Assembly: GCA_010909165.1 (NCBI GenBank)
Contig: VJWM01000314.1
Span: forward strand, 1-64,000
Reading direction: 5' to 3'
Length of the DNA stretch: 64,000 nucleotides
From: Anthoceros angustus
Taxonomy: Eukaryota; Plantae; Anthocerotophyta
Positions 46,624 to 60,525 of this stretch are shown here, in pieces. Within the stretch, counting starts at the first letter, position 1. Each line of letters begins with the position of its first letter. Position numbers and translations under genes: made by a program. The notes beneath the pieces are model-generated. The model was given only the letters and a program-made list of their open reading frames with translations, did not search any database and had not been told where the DNA came from.

Positions 46624-49600
46624 AAAGCTCATTTATGGTCATTGACCATTCTTAGTCCTTATCTCGCTGGGGTGGTGACATGTCCCTTGGGGATTGGCTC
46701 CCTCGCCCTCCTTTTGCTCCTGTCCCTTCCCCAGATCTTGTCGCCTTCCTAATGTGTGGGGCAAGTACAATCCTGCCCCTTCCTCCATCTCAGCGGCGCC
46801 TAAAATCTGTTATCTTCCATCGTCGCGCCCCTCCGCGCACCTAGGCGCCTTTTCTCCAGCTTCCGCCGCCTGGTCGCGCCCCGTTCATCAGCACCCTACC
46901 GCGGTAGTCGGCGGACTACGGGTGGTGACTACCATGGTAGTCGGTACCTATCTCCTTCTTCTCCTTCCTCTCCATCGGTGATGTCTCACGGGGTGAGTTC
47001 CTCTTTGCTCCTTCCTTCTTTGTTTGGTTTGTCCATACCTATCAGAGCATGTCTTCAAAGAATCTTCCCCATTCACCAATGTTGCTACTAACTCCTTGGG
47101 CCTTCTTGCGTTGGTCTCCTCTCGGGCCCGGCTCCTCCCTTATCAGGTGGCGGGGAACTTCTCACCCCTCCCCTTCCTCGTGGTCGGACCCGTCCTTAGT
47201 CTCCTCCGGTGGGGTTGTCTCTCCCACCACCCCAACTGCTCCTCTAGGGGGTATACTACCGGACCCCGGCTCCTTCATCCTCGGCCGGGCCTCCGGCGAC
47301 TCCCCAGCTCCGCGCCCACGGGCTGCCCTACCGGTAGTCGCGGACTACGTGGTGTGTCTACCCCGGTAGTCTGGCAGACTACCGTGGTGGTCACCGTGGT
47401 AGGTTGACCCCGGAGGTGGGCTTTCCCCTCCTTGCTCTCTGCGCCACCTTCTACCTTTGGCGCTCGGCGCTCCTTCGTCTCGACTCCTCAGTTCCTCGAG
47501 TCCATTTCGTGATGGCCTCATCAAAATCGGAGGCCTCTGGCTGCACTGTTGCGGCTCCTTCATCATCATCATGAGGACCCAATGTCCTCCTCTTGGCCAA
47601 GCAAGATCTCATTGTTGGCCTTCAAAATTCTATTGTGGAGGTGGGCCCCAAGCTATGATATTGCATTTGGAGATCATCAATCTCGTGGGCCACTCTCCAT
47701 CTTCACCTACCTTTGTAGGCGTCCCTTGAGGTGGTCAATTCCCCACCTTGACATGGAGGTCACATTCTCCTCCTTGCTTCCTTGGTGGCCAATTTTGCAC
47801 GAAGGGCATAATCACCAAAACCGCTTCCTTACTACCGGCATTCTATGTACCACTTCTTGTGGTACTCCTCCTCTGGACCTTTTTCCTTCCAAGTCCTCTA
47901 TTCTTGAGCAAGCCCTTCCTCTCGCTTGCCAAGCATCTTTCTCGCTCCGGCTCCTCCTCTTGCTCTTCTTCTTGGTTTTGAATTTCAGCTCGGGCGCTTC
48001 TCTTCCAAACTAATGCTCTTCTCAACTCTTCCTTCATGTCCGGATCTGATGGCTTGCGTAGCCATCACACTGTTCTTGCGTCCATTCTTTGGACCGCTAC
48101 CTTCTCCAGAGCCTCTGTTTTGCCCTTTCGCTCTTGCTCTAATTGGGCAAAATGCTCCTCATATACATCTCCATGAGTCTCGTTGGGTGGTTGCTCGGAT
48201 GGCTCTTTCTTGGTTTTGACAACCTCCCTCAAGACCTTCTCCGCGCTGATCCATGAGGTCGTTGGAGCTTCTCCTGACCTTTTCGGCTTGGCTGCCTTTT
48301 CGTCGGACTCCATGGCCTCCAATTGCCATTTGGTCCTGCCTTCCTCCGGCCATGTCTTGAGATTTCACTTCTTCTTGACAACCTCCCTCAAGACCTTCTC
48401 CGCGCACCTAGGCGCCTTTTCTCCATGAGGTCGTGGAGCTTCTCCTGACCTTTTCGGCTTGGCTGCCTTTTCGTCGGACTCCATGGCCTCCAATTGCCAT
48501 TTGGTCCTGCCTTCCTCCGGCCATGTCTTGAGATTTCACTTCCTCTTGGCATGCCCACAAGGAAGCTGCTGTCTCTCTAGCCTTCAAATCCACACGGCTG
48601 AGTGCTTCACAAGCACCCAGCAATTCTCCTAGGGGTCCTAATTCCACCCCTCCTTTCTTCTTCTGGAAATCTCCAGCTCTCCTGCACCTCTCGGGCCATC
48701 GGCGGCGCGGGCCCCTTCACCGTCGCTCCATCCGCTCTCCCACCCAGCGCGGGAGATGGTGGCTTCGGCGCCGCTCGCGGCACCTCGTGCTGCTTCTCCT
48801 TCCCTTCCACCTTCTCCTCTTGGCATGCCCACAAGGAGGCTGTTTTGCTGGCGTGGGGTGCCTCTCTCGTAGGCACAAAGGAGATGGTGGCCTTCAAATC
48901 CACGGTGAGTGCCTACCTACCATGGTGGTGGCGCCTACCACGGTGAGTGCCCACCCCTTGGGTGGCGCCTCCCTCAAGACCTTCTCCTAGGGGTCCTAAT
49001 TCCACCCCTTGGGTGCCTCTCTCGTAGGCACAAAGGAGATGGTGGGGACTCCCCACTCTCGGCATCACCCCTCATGGTCCTTCTCTCATAGACCACCATC
49101 CGGCCTTCTTGGCGCTTCTTGCTCTTCTTCCCTTGCTTGCTCACTGTGGGAAAGGATTCCCACTCGGCAACTTTGTTGCCTCAGACCTTCTCCTCTTGCC
49201 TCTAGCATTTTGTGGAGTCGACCTCCCACCGTCTTCCAATGCAAAGGCAAAGGCCTTTCCAACCTCGGTGGAGATGGATGACCTCAAAGGGATGCCATGC
49301 ATCTTCAAGCTCCTTGCTTGTGAGAGTCCCTCGGTTTCCCATAAATGCACCAAATAGGTGCTAAGATAGCAGGCCTTGGTCCTTCCTCATCCACAATTTG
49401 GCTTGAGGAGCTTCTCTCGATGGTGTATGTACGCTTCATACATGATAGTCCCCAATCCGGCTTGGCTCCCATGGAAATCTTCCACAAAAATTGGAGGAAG
49501 TTGGTCTTTGAAATAAGAGGTCGTTGGAGCTTCTCCTGACCTTTCCAATTTGGCTGCCTTTTCATCGGACTCCATGGCCTCCAATTGCCATTTGGTCCTG

Positions 49601-52600
49601 CCTTCCTCCGGCCATGTCTTGAGATTTCACTTCCTCTTGGCATGCCCACAAGGAGGCTGCTAGGTCCTAGCCCCTTCAAATCCACACGGTGAGTGCTTCA
49701 CAAGCACCAGCAATTCTCCTAGGGGTCCTAATTCCACCCCTTCTTTCTTCTTGAAATCTCCAGCTCTCACACCTCTCGGGCCATCGGCCTTCTTGGCGTG
49801 GGCCTTCACCGTCGCTCCATCCGCTCTCCCACAGCGCGGAGATGGTGGCCTCGGCGCTTCTCCTCTTGCTTCTCCTTCCCTTCCACCGTGGCTGTTTTGC
49901 TGGCGGCGTGGGGTGCCTCTCGTAGGCACAAAGGAGATGGTGGTGCGCCTACCATGGTGGTGCGCCTACCTACCATGGTGGTGCGCCTACCACGGTGAGC
50001 TGCCCACCCCTTGGGTGGCGCCTCCCTCAAGACCTTCTCCTAGGGGTCCTAATTCCACCCCTTGGGTGCCTCTCTCGTAGGCACAAAGGAGATGGTGGGG
50101 ACTCCCCACTCTCGGCATCACCCCTCCTGGTCCTTCTCTCATAGACCACCATCGGCCTTCTTGCTCTTCTTGCTCTTCTTCCCTTGCTTGCTCACTGTGG
50201 GAAAGGATTCCCACTCGGCAACTTTGTTGCCTCGAACCTTCTCCTCTTGCCTCTAGCATTTTGTGGAGGTCGACCTCCCACCGTCTTCCAATGCAAAGGC
50301 AAAGGCCTTTCCAACCTCGGTGGAGATGGATGACCTCAAAGGGATGCCATGCATCTTCAAGCTCCTTGCTTGTGAGAAGTCCCTCGGTTTCCCATAAATG
50401 CACCAAATAGGTGCTAAGATAGCGAGGCCTTGGTCCTTCCTCATCCACGAATTTGGCTTGAGGAGCTTCTCTCGATGGTGTATGTACGCTTCATACATGA
50501 TAGTCCCCAATCGGCTTGGCTCCCATGGAAATCTTCCACAAAAATTGGAGGAAGTTGGTCTTTGAAATAAAGTGCGTTGGTAATTTACCAACCCAGCACA
50601 ATCTTTGCGAAGAGCCTCCACTTGACTCCTTGATGCTCTCGGTCTTCCGGCCATTCTTGGCGTGGGCCTTCACTCCTCCATCCATCATGTCAAGGAACTC
50701 TGCGGGATGTCGGCTGTCCTCTTCCCCCATTCGACCTTTCGAGGAGAGCAATTCGAGCTCTCTTCCTCCGGTCTTCCATACACTGTCGAATACTTCTCAC
50801 GGTCCAGCGGGATCCGTTCTAGCATTCCTTCCGGTGGCGGCGGCAATGGCGGCTTCCGATTGATGGAGGTTGATGTAACACTCCTCAATCAATTCCAAAT
50901 TGGTGTAGGCCCATTGGCGGCCATACACCCATCCTAGTTGGATGTTCTCCTCCTCCTCGCCTTGAAAATCAACCAAATCTCGGGGTTGAGCTGCCCGGCA
51001 AAGCAAGTGAATTGAGGCATCTCGACCTCACCCCTCCTGTGGTCCTTCCTCTTCTCCTTCCTCCTCGCGAGGAAGAGCCCTTGCAGTGGCTCCTTCCCTT
51101 GCCTTTCCACTCGAGGCATGGTGGCGGCTTCTCCTTCCCTTGCTTGCTCACAGGGGAAAGGATTCCCACTCGGCAACTTTGTTGCCTCGAACCTTCTCCT
51201 CTTCAATCGTTCTAGCATGCTTGTGGAGGTCGACCTCCCACCGTCTTCCAATGCAAAGGCAAGGCCTTTCCACTCGAGGCATGGTGGCGGCTCCTTCCCT
51301 TGATTTCTTCCTCTTCCCTTGCCTTTTCCACCTCGAGGCATGGTGGTGGCGGCTCCTTCCTCCTTCTCTCAATTTCTTCAACTTTGTTGCCTCGAACCTT
51401 CTCCTTCCCTTGCCTTTCCAACCTCGCGCCTCCACTTGACTCCTTGATGCTCTCGGTCTTCCGGCCATTCTTGGCGTGGGCCTTCCTCATCCACAATTTG
51501 GCTTGAGGAGCTTCTCGATGGTGGTGGCGGCTCCTTCCCTTGATTTCTTCTCGCCTAGGGGTTTCTCCTTCCTCCTCGCGAGGAGGCCCTTGCGGCTCCT
51601 TCCTTGCCTTTTCCACCTCGAGGCATGGTGGTGGCGGCTCCTTCCTCCTTCTCCTCTTGCTTCTTTGCGCTCCGGCTTGGTCTCGATCTCTTGGGAGTGA
51701 GTTTACCTCGATTCGAAGGAAGTTGGCGCGCCCCAAGCGCACTTTGCCTCTTTTGGATGGCGCCACTGGCGGCCACAACCCTAGATTGGATTCATCATTC
51801 CAAAATCCTAATTCTACCTATTTTCCTACTACGCCTAATTAATCTCTTCTAATTAATCTCTTGCTAATTACTCTATATATTTATTCCCTATTGATGAGCA
51901 TATATAGTGGATATCCCCCTTTATTCTAATTTCCTTTTTGGCGAGATTTGTCGACCTACGGTGATGCGCCTACCATGGTGGTGGCGGCTTTCTCGACCTA
52001 CCGGCGTGGTGTGGCGACCTACGGCGTGGTGTGGCGACCTACCAACCTTTGGTGCCCTCACGCGCAAATGCGGGGTCGTTTGACCCGTTCTTCCTCTGGG
52101 ATATCCTTTTGCCTTCCTAACAATATCCTACAACTCTAGTTCAAGATTCTCGAGAAAATTTCTTGGCATGCTCCTCTTCAATCGTTCTAGCCAAAAAAAT
52201 CAAACTTGTTAGTCTTGGCTCTTTTGGGCTGGTTGCCCAAACTTTTATATTCATTCCTTCCTCCTCTTGCTCTTCTCCTCTTGCTCTTCTCCTCTTGCTT
52301 CTAGCATTCCTTCCGGTGGCGGCTTCTCCTTGCTTCTAGCATTTTGTGGAGGTCGACCTCCCACCGTCTTCCAATGCAAAGGCAAAGGCCTTTCCAACCT
52401 CGGTGGAGATGGATGACCTCAAAGGGATGCCATGCATCTTCAAGCTCCTTGCTTCTAGCATTCCTTCCGGTGGCGGCTTCTCCTTGCTTCTCCTTGCTTC
52501 TAGCATTCCTTCCGGTGGCGGCTCCTTCCTCCTTCTCCTCTTGCTCTAATTGGGGCAAAATGCTCTTATATATTTATCCCTATTGATGAGCATATATAGT

Positions 52601-53990
52601 GGATATCCCCCTTTATTCTAAGTTTCCTTTTGGCGAGATTTGTCGACCTACGGCGGTGGTGGCGGCTTCCGATTGATGGAGGTTGATGTAACACTCCTTC
52701 TTCTCGACTACGGCGTGGTGTGGCGACCTACGGCGTGGTGTGGCGACCTACCAACCTTCTCCTCTTGCCTCTAGCATTCCTTCCGGTGGCGGCTCCTTCC
52801 CTTGATTTCTTCCCTTGATTTCTTCCTCTGGGATATCCTTTTGCCTTCCTAACAATATCCTACAACTCTAGTTCAAGATTCTTGAGAAAATTTCTTGGCA
52901 TGCTCCTCTTCAATCGTTCTAGCCAAAAAAATCAAACTTGTTAGTCTTGGCTCTTTTGGGCTGGTTGCCCAAACTTTTACGTTCACACTCCTTCTCCTTG
53001 GGCTTCTTTGCGCTCCGGCTTGGTCTCGATCTCTTGGGAGTGAGTTCGCCTTAGCTCGAAGGAAGTTGGCGCGCCTTCCTCTTCAATCGTTCTAGCCAAA
53101 AAATCAAACTTGTTGTCTTGGCATGCTCCTCTTCAATCGTTCTTAGCCAAAAAATCAAACTTGTTGTCTTGAGCCTCACAGGCTGCGATTTCTTCCCTTG
53201 ATTTCTTCCTTGATTTCTTCTCCTTCTCCTTGGGCTTCTTTGCGCTCCTCCTCCTCTTGCTCTAATTGGGGCAAAATGCTCTTATATATTTATCCCTATT
53301 GATGAGCATATATAGTGGATATCCCCCTTTATTCTAAGTTTCCTTTTGGCGAGATTTGTCGACCTACCGGCGTAGTGTGGCAGCCTACGGTGGTAGTCTG
53401 CCGACCTACCGGCGTGGTGTGGCGACCTACGGCGGTGATGCGACCTACCAACCTTTGGTGCCCTCACGCGCAAATGCGGGGTCGTTTGACCCGTTTTCCT
53501 CTGGGATATCCTTTTGCCTTCCTAACAATATTCCACAGCTCTAGTTCCAAGATCTTCAGAAGTTTTCCTCGCATGTTCCTCTTCAATCGGTCTTAGCCAA
53601 AAAAAATCAAACTTGTTCGTCTTGGCTCTTTTGGGTGGTTGCCTCGCGCCTTCCTCTCGTTGTGTGCTCAAGCTTCACTTCCAAACACTCCTTTTCTCTT
53701 GAGCCTCACAGGCTGCGATTTCTTCCCTTGCCTTTTCCACCTCGAGGCATGGCACCTTCCTTACTCCCTCGCTCTAGCAAGATTCTCGAGAAAATTTCTT
53801 GGCATGCTCCTCTTCAATCGTTCTAGCCAAAAAATCAAACTTGTTGTCTTGGCATGCTCCTCTTCTCTTGGCATGCCCACAAGGAGGCTGCTGCGATTTC
53901 TTCCCTTGATTTCTTCCTCTCGTTGTGTGCTCAAGCTTCACTTCCAAACACTCCTTCTCCTAGGGTCCTAATTCCACTCCTTCTTCTTTT
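46624..53990 (-). mobile_element. 3' internal region (accessory ORF plus spacer) of a second, tandem copy
   Basis: Collinear with 20946-33600. Accessory core at about 50290-51020, start region at about 51790. Confidence 0.85.
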
Positions 53991-54002
53991 AAATTTCCAG
54001 CT

Positions 54003-54246
54003 CTCCTCCTCCTCCTCCTCCTCCTCCTCCTCCTCCTCCTCCTCCTCCTCCTCCTCCTCCTCCTCCTCTTCTCCTTCTCCTTCTCCTTCTCCTTCTCCTT
54101 CTCCTTCTCCTTCGGCGATGGCGATGGCGATGGCGATGGCGATGGCGATGGCGATGGCGATGGCGATGGCGATGGCGATGGCGATGGCGATGGCGATGGC
54201 GATGGCGATGGCGATGGCGATGGCGATGGCGATGGCGATGGCGATG
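54003..54246. repeat. Compound microsatellite (CTC)n-(CTTCTC)n-(GGCGAT)22
   Basis: Read directly; the GGCGAT run spans 54114-54246. Confidence 0.97.
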
Positions 54247-55299
54247 CCTCCTCTTCTCCTAGGCACAAGGAGATGGGACTCCCCACCCTTGGAGGTGGTT
54301 CTCTCTCCTCATAGACTACCATTGGCCTTCCTCGGCGGTTCTTCTCCTCTTCTCCCCTTGCTTTCTTTGCTCTCGCTCAAGGGCGTCTCGGATGGTGCTG
54401 AAATAACACCATAATACTATACTGGTATATCAATTTAAACACCTTGAAATTTTGGCTTTTTCTTTTTATGCTTTAGCTCCGCTTAGCACCGTCGGGCACA
54501 AAATCATCAATTATGGTGGCTCGATCGACTAAGATTACGGACCAATTGCAAGCTAGACTTGCGGGCCTAGTCATGCATATGACTAGGCGCAATCTGCGAC
54601 ACCAATTGGCCGAGCGGCGTGATATGATCGTGGGGACAAGCGGGAGGTAGTTTTGTTGTGAGCCTTAGCTTGGTGCATGCCAATCGAGCTCAAAGCCAAA
54701 GAAGACAAAGGATCATTTGAATTGTCTAGAGGCATCGAAATAGGTACTGACATAGTAGGGTTGCTTTGTTTTTTCCAATTTTAAATAAAAAAATTATACC
54801 ATATGCAAAATTATGATGGGAACAAAAACTGCCCAAAATAGTCTTAAAGAATCTCATGAGAACAAAAGAGATCGTCTTCTATCATTATCTAAGAAGTCTC
54901 AATTTGAGCTCTTTGAACTTAAGCTGCGGGGTTAAGCGAGGTTTTCTGCGCTTTACATGTCATGCTATACCATGTCTACGCTTGAATCCTAAGGCCCACC
55001 CATTTGAAAATATGAGAGCCCGTCTGTTCCGCACTTCTTGGTAATTGCTCATAGAAAAATTTCGCTTTGTTTACATATTTCAGCATCTTTGCTCCTCTTC
55101 TCCTTCTCCTTGCTCACAAACCAATCATACAAGCTTCTCAACTTCGGAGATGCACAAGGTCATAGCGTCTACGTTCTAAGTCGTGTTGTTTGACACTGGA
55201 TACGTTCTTTCTTGATGACTCGCTTGATGGTTGCCACTGAGACCTTCACTCGAAAATGGCTAGTGGCCCATTCATAGCGCCTTGTGAGTGATTAGCTTG

Positions 55300-56035
55300 T
55301 TAGCCTCTCTGTGGGGAAAAGGCCTCCCTCGGCAACCTTGTTGCCTCCATCTCCTCTTGCTTCTAGCATGCTTGTGGAGTCGACCTCCCGTCTTCCTCAA
55401 TGCAAAGGCAAGGCCTTTCCAAACTTGGTGGAGATGAATTATCTCAAAGGATGCCAAGCATCTTCAACTCCTTGCTTGTGAGAAGTCCCTCGTTTCCCAC
55501 AAATGCACCAAATAGGTGCTAATAGAGCTTGGCCCTTCCTCATCCACGAATTTGGCTTGAGGAGCTTCTCGGTGGTGGATGTATACATACATAATGGTGC
55601 CCCAATCGCTTGGCTCCCATGAAATCTTCCACAAAATTGGAGGAAGTTGGTCTTTGAAATAAAGTCGTTGGTAATTTTACCAAACACAATCTTTGCAAGA
55701 GCCTCCACTTGACTCCTTGATGCTCTCTTTTCCGCCATTCTTGGCGTGGGCCTTCACTCCTCCATCCATCATGTCGAGGAACTCTGCGGAATTCGGAGAT
55801 CCTCTTCCTCCATTGACCTCCGAGCAATTCGAGCTCTCCTCCTCCTCTTCTCCTTCTCCTTCTCCTTCCTCGGCGGCGAGGATCCGTTCGAGCATTCCTT
55901 CCAAGCGGCAGGCTGCCGATTGATGGAGGTTGATGAAACACTCCTCAATCAATTCCAAATTGGTGTAGGCCCATTGGCGGCCATACACCCATCCAATTGG
56001 ATGTTCTCCTCTTCTCCTTGCGAAAATCAACCAAA
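55300..56035 (-). pseudogene. Additional, more diverged accessory ORF core
   Basis: GWVYGRQWAYTNLELIEECFINL, EFLDMMDGGVKAHAKNG and ISKTNFLQFCGRF. Confidence 0.75.
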
Positions 56036-58822
56036 TCACGATGTGCAACCAGAAAAACTCCAAAGCCCGATGCTGCAGCGACAAAAATGCAAAGCAAGCG
56101 CACAATCGAGCACAAAAACTAACACGAGAACACTACTTTAAGGCGGTGGTGGCGCTAAAAGCACAAGAACTAAAGTGCTAGCGGCGAACTACTAGACTGA
56201 AGACACTGGCTCGCTTAAAACGCAGGCGCTGCGGTCTAACCCTGCTTAGTACAACTAGAAACATACTATGAGACACAAGGGCAGTTAAAATGAACATAAT
56301 ACAGCCCAGCGACCAAAGCCAACAAAGGGGCAACAAAAGCCTTGGATAAACACGGACCCGGGCAAAGACACCCTCACCTTGGACCTAGACCTCTTTCATT
56401 GAAAACCAACCTTCAACGAGAAACCTTGGCATTGAAAAACTTCAGAACCTTGGAGTTTGAACAAGGGCGTGAAATGGCCTTAACCTTTTAAGAGGTGAAA
56501 GAACCTTGGCCCAAAAACTTAAAACTTGACCTTAGCAAGGCTTGGACCACCTTGGACACACGACTACAAAAGGCCTATCCTTGGACAAGAGCTGAAAGAA
56601 CCATGGCCGGCCAGTAAAACTAGACACTCTCCGCGGCAAAGCCTCGGCTCCTTGGACTACGAAGAAGCGAGAAGGACTTAAGCACCACAGCTAAAAACAC
56701 ATGCTCAACCAAGCGGTAAAGAGGAGCAATACGAAGAAGGAACAATGATGTAAAAACACAACAGCGGAACAAAGGTGGCGAACTTTCACCTGGCCTTCGG
56801 AGGCAATGACACTGTCACAACAAGCCTCGAGGCGGCGTTTGGCAAAGCAATGACCATAGATTATATATCAGGAACCTTAGCCGGAAGACCCTAACGTAAA
56901 ATAAAGCACGCCTTCAAGCGGCGTAGCAACAACGAGACTCCTCACGCGCGACCCTGCTCTTCCTCTTCTCCTTCTCCTTCTCCTTCCCTTGCCTTTTCCC
57001 TCGAGGCATGGTGGCTTCTCAAGTGTTGAGGAGCTTCTCCTTCTCCTTCTCCTTCTCCTTCTCCTTCTCCTCCTCCTCCTCCTCCTCCTCCTCCTCCTCC
57101 TCCTCCTCCTCCTCCTCCTCCTCCTCCTCCTCCTCCTCCTCCTCCTCCTCCTCCTCCTCCTCCTCTTCTCCTTCTCCTTCTCCTTCTCCTTCTCCTTCTC
57201 CTCTTCCTCTTCTCCTCCTCCTCCTCTTCTCGCTAGAGCGAATGATGATGCACACCGAAAAACAACCAAACACAATCAAAACTCAAAACAATAAAACAAA
57301 TTGAACATGCAGGACATGACGGAAGTCACACAACGGATAAGGAAAAAGAAATATGAAATAAACACCAAGCTTAGGAAAACACAAAACAAATCAAAATTCT
57401 GAGCTTAAGTGGTTTCTATGTTGACTTGATCGGTCTCGATTCGGTGGTTTCTTGTTCTAAACAAACAAAGACGTCCTACCCTTACCAACTTCTCTTGGAC
57501 TTACGAACAACAATCGTAAACACGACAAATAACACATGCATGAAGAGAGACAATACAAAAACAAGGCGAGATAACATGAGCGAAAAAAGCGATGAAAGAA
57601 CAAAACATCAGGGGCGTAACAACTACAATGATGGTGCCCAGGACCTGACAGAGCACAAACAATCGAGCACAAAAACTAACCTATAAAACATAAGAAATTA
57701 ACACTAAAAACAAACATTTAAGAACTCAAAACACAGCATGTCGATTTGGGACACATGTTTCTGAGACCAATGGTACTCTGTGTTCTTACGTCGAGAACAC
57801 GTCGTCACGAGCGTCTCGGCCCGATACTTCTTCAGAAACAAAAAAAACACCAAAGAAACGCAGTTTGCAAGCACGAAGATGTTGAGGAGGCGAACGACGA
57901 CAACATGCAAATCACGATGTGCAACCAGAAAAACTCCAAAGCCCGATGCTGCAGCGACAAAAATGCAAAGCAAGCGCACAATCGAGCACAAAAACTAACA
58001 CGAGAACACTACTTTAAGGCGGTGGTGGCGCTAAAAGCACAAGAACTAAAGTGCTAGCGGCGAACTACTAGACTGAAGACACTGGCTCGCTTAAAACGCA
58101 GGCGCTGCGGTCTAACCCTGCTTAGTACAACTAGAAACATACTATGAGACACAAGGGCAGTTAAAATGAACATAATACAGCCCAGCGACCAAAGCCAACA
58201 AAGGGGCAACAAAAGCCTTGGATAAACACGGACCCGGGCAAAGACACCCTCACCTTGGACCTAGACCTCTTTCATTGAAAACCAACCTTCAACGAGAAAC
58301 CTTGGCATTGAAAAACTTCAGAACCTTGGAGTTTGAACAAGGGCGTGAAATGGCCTTAACCTTTTAAGAGGTGAAAGAACCTTGGCCCAAAAACTTAAAA
58401 CTTGACCTTAGCAAGGCTTGGACCACCTTGGACACACGACTACAAAAGGCCTATCCTTGGACAAGAGCTGAAAGAACCATGGCCGGCCAGTAAAACTAGA
58501 CACTCTCCGCGGCAAAGCCTCGGCTCCTTGGACTACGAAGAAGCGAGAAGGACTTAAGCACCACAGCTAAAAACACATGCTCAACCAAGCGGTAAAGAGG
58601 AGCAATACGAAGAAGGAACAATGATGTAAAAACACAACAGCGGAACAAAGGTGGCGAACTTTCACCTGGCCTTCGGAGGCAATGACACTGTCACAACAAG
58701 CCTCGAGGCGGCGTTTGGCAAAGCAATGACCATAGATTATATATCAGGAACCTTAGCCGGAAGACCCTAACGTAAAATAAAGCACGCCTTCAAGCGGCGT
58801 AGCAACAACGAGACTCCTCACG
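56032..58822. repeat. 915 bp direct repeat (56032-56946 and 57908-58822) of an unrelated A/C-rich repeat family; third diverged partial copy at about 59325-59945
   Basis: CAAATCACGATGTGCAACC...GAGACTCCTCACG has the same length in both copies, and I found no differences by eye. Confidence 0.92.
57034..57228. repeat. Compound (CTTCTC)n/(CTC)n microsatellite
   Basis: Read directly from the sequence. Confidence 0.95.
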
Positions 58823-60525
58823 GACATATAAAGCTCGGACACAAAGGCGCGGAACCTTGGCGCCTTGAGCCTCTGGGTCGAAAAAAGGCGTTGGACACAG
58901 TAAGACCTTATATAGCCAAAGAAACCTAGCCCTTCTCTCCTTCTCCTTCTCCTTCCTCGGCGGCGATGGCGATGGCGGCTCTTCTCCTCTTCTCCTTCTC
59001 TCCTCCTCCTCTTCCTCCATTCGAAGGAGGGCGCAGCACTTTGCCCTCTTTTGGATGCGCCACACTGCACAACCCTAGATTGGTTCATCATTCCAAAATC
59101 CTAATTCTACTACCTATTTTCCTATTTTCCGCTATCTAATTAATCTTTCTAATTACTCTATATATTTATTCCCTATTGGTGAGCATATATAGTGGATATC
59201 CCCCTATTCTAATTTCCTTTTTGGCGAGATTCGTCCTACCGCGGTGATGCGACACATGATGATGCGCTTCTTTCGACCTACGGTGTGGCGACCTACGTGA
59301 TGCCTGCCGACCTACCAACCTTCAACAGAACCTTGGCATTGAAAGGAAACTTTAGAACCTTGGAGTTTGAACAAAGGGCGTGAAATGGCCTTAACCTTTT
59401 AAGAGGTTGAAAGAACCTTGGCCCAAAAACTTAAAACTTGACCTAGCACCACCTTGGACTTGACGACTACAAAAGGCCTATCCTTGGACAGAGCCTTAAG
59501 AACCATGGCCGGAAAGTAAAACTAGACTCTCCGCCTTGAGGCAAAGCCTCGGCTCCTTGGACTACTGAAAAGCGAGAAGGACTTAAGCACACGGCTAAAA
59601 ACACATGCTCAACCAAAGCGGTAAAGAAGGAGCAATACGAAGAAGGATGTAAACACAACAGCCATGAACAAAGGTAGCGAACTTTCACCTGGCGGCCATA
59701 CACCCATCCAAGCGCTTGAGGCGGCGTTTGGCAAAGCAGCGGCCATAGGTCGCCACAGGAACCTTAGCCTTGGGGAAGACCCTAACGTAAAATAAAGCAC
59801 GCCTTCAAGCGGCGTAACAACACAGACTCCTCACGGACAAAAGCTCGGACACAAAAGCGCGGAACCTTGGCCTCAGACCTGGGTCGAAAAGGCGTTGGAC
59901 ACAGTAAGACCTTATATAGCCAAAGAAACCCTAGCCCTTCTCTCTCTACGTGCCGCCACTCTCATCTGGACATCTTTGAATTTACCAAACACGGAAATCC
60001 AAACCTAACTCAAACCTTTCTAGTGCATGGTCGCCGCCTCGGCTTCCAAACCTAAGTTAAGCTCACCAAACCTAACCAACCTTACCCAACTAACCCGAAC
60101 CTCGAAGCGGGCGCGGCAAAGCGAAGCTCGGCGAATCGAGAAATAGCCCCGTGGGCCTTGGCAAAGCATCGAACCTAACCTATCCCTATTTAAACCACTA
60201 CCCCCCTCGCGTTCTCCTCCTCTTCCTCTCACTTGACCGGTAGCCGCCATTGCCCCAGTTGAGCTCGGTCCGCATCGTCGCCACCGCCATCCGTGCTTGA
60301 TGATAGTCGAAAATTTTCGGTGGGGGTTTTTTCATGTGCGGTGCAACTCCGTGGCGACGCGATTGGAAGTTGCAGCCAATCTGGACATCTTGCAAAGGTA
60401 TGGTGGTGAAGACATCCGGCTTTCGGACAAGAAGGTCCGGCTAACTTCGCTTCACGATTGCGGTGGCTTTTTCTTGGTGATTTGGACTTTTGTTGCGGTA
60501 ATGGAGACTTCTTCTTCACAGGCGC

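Noticed and set aside
56032-58822. 915 bp repeats as the LTR pair of a small nested element
   Set aside because: No TG...CA termini, PBS, PPT or target-site duplication; the left boundary falls at a microhomology.
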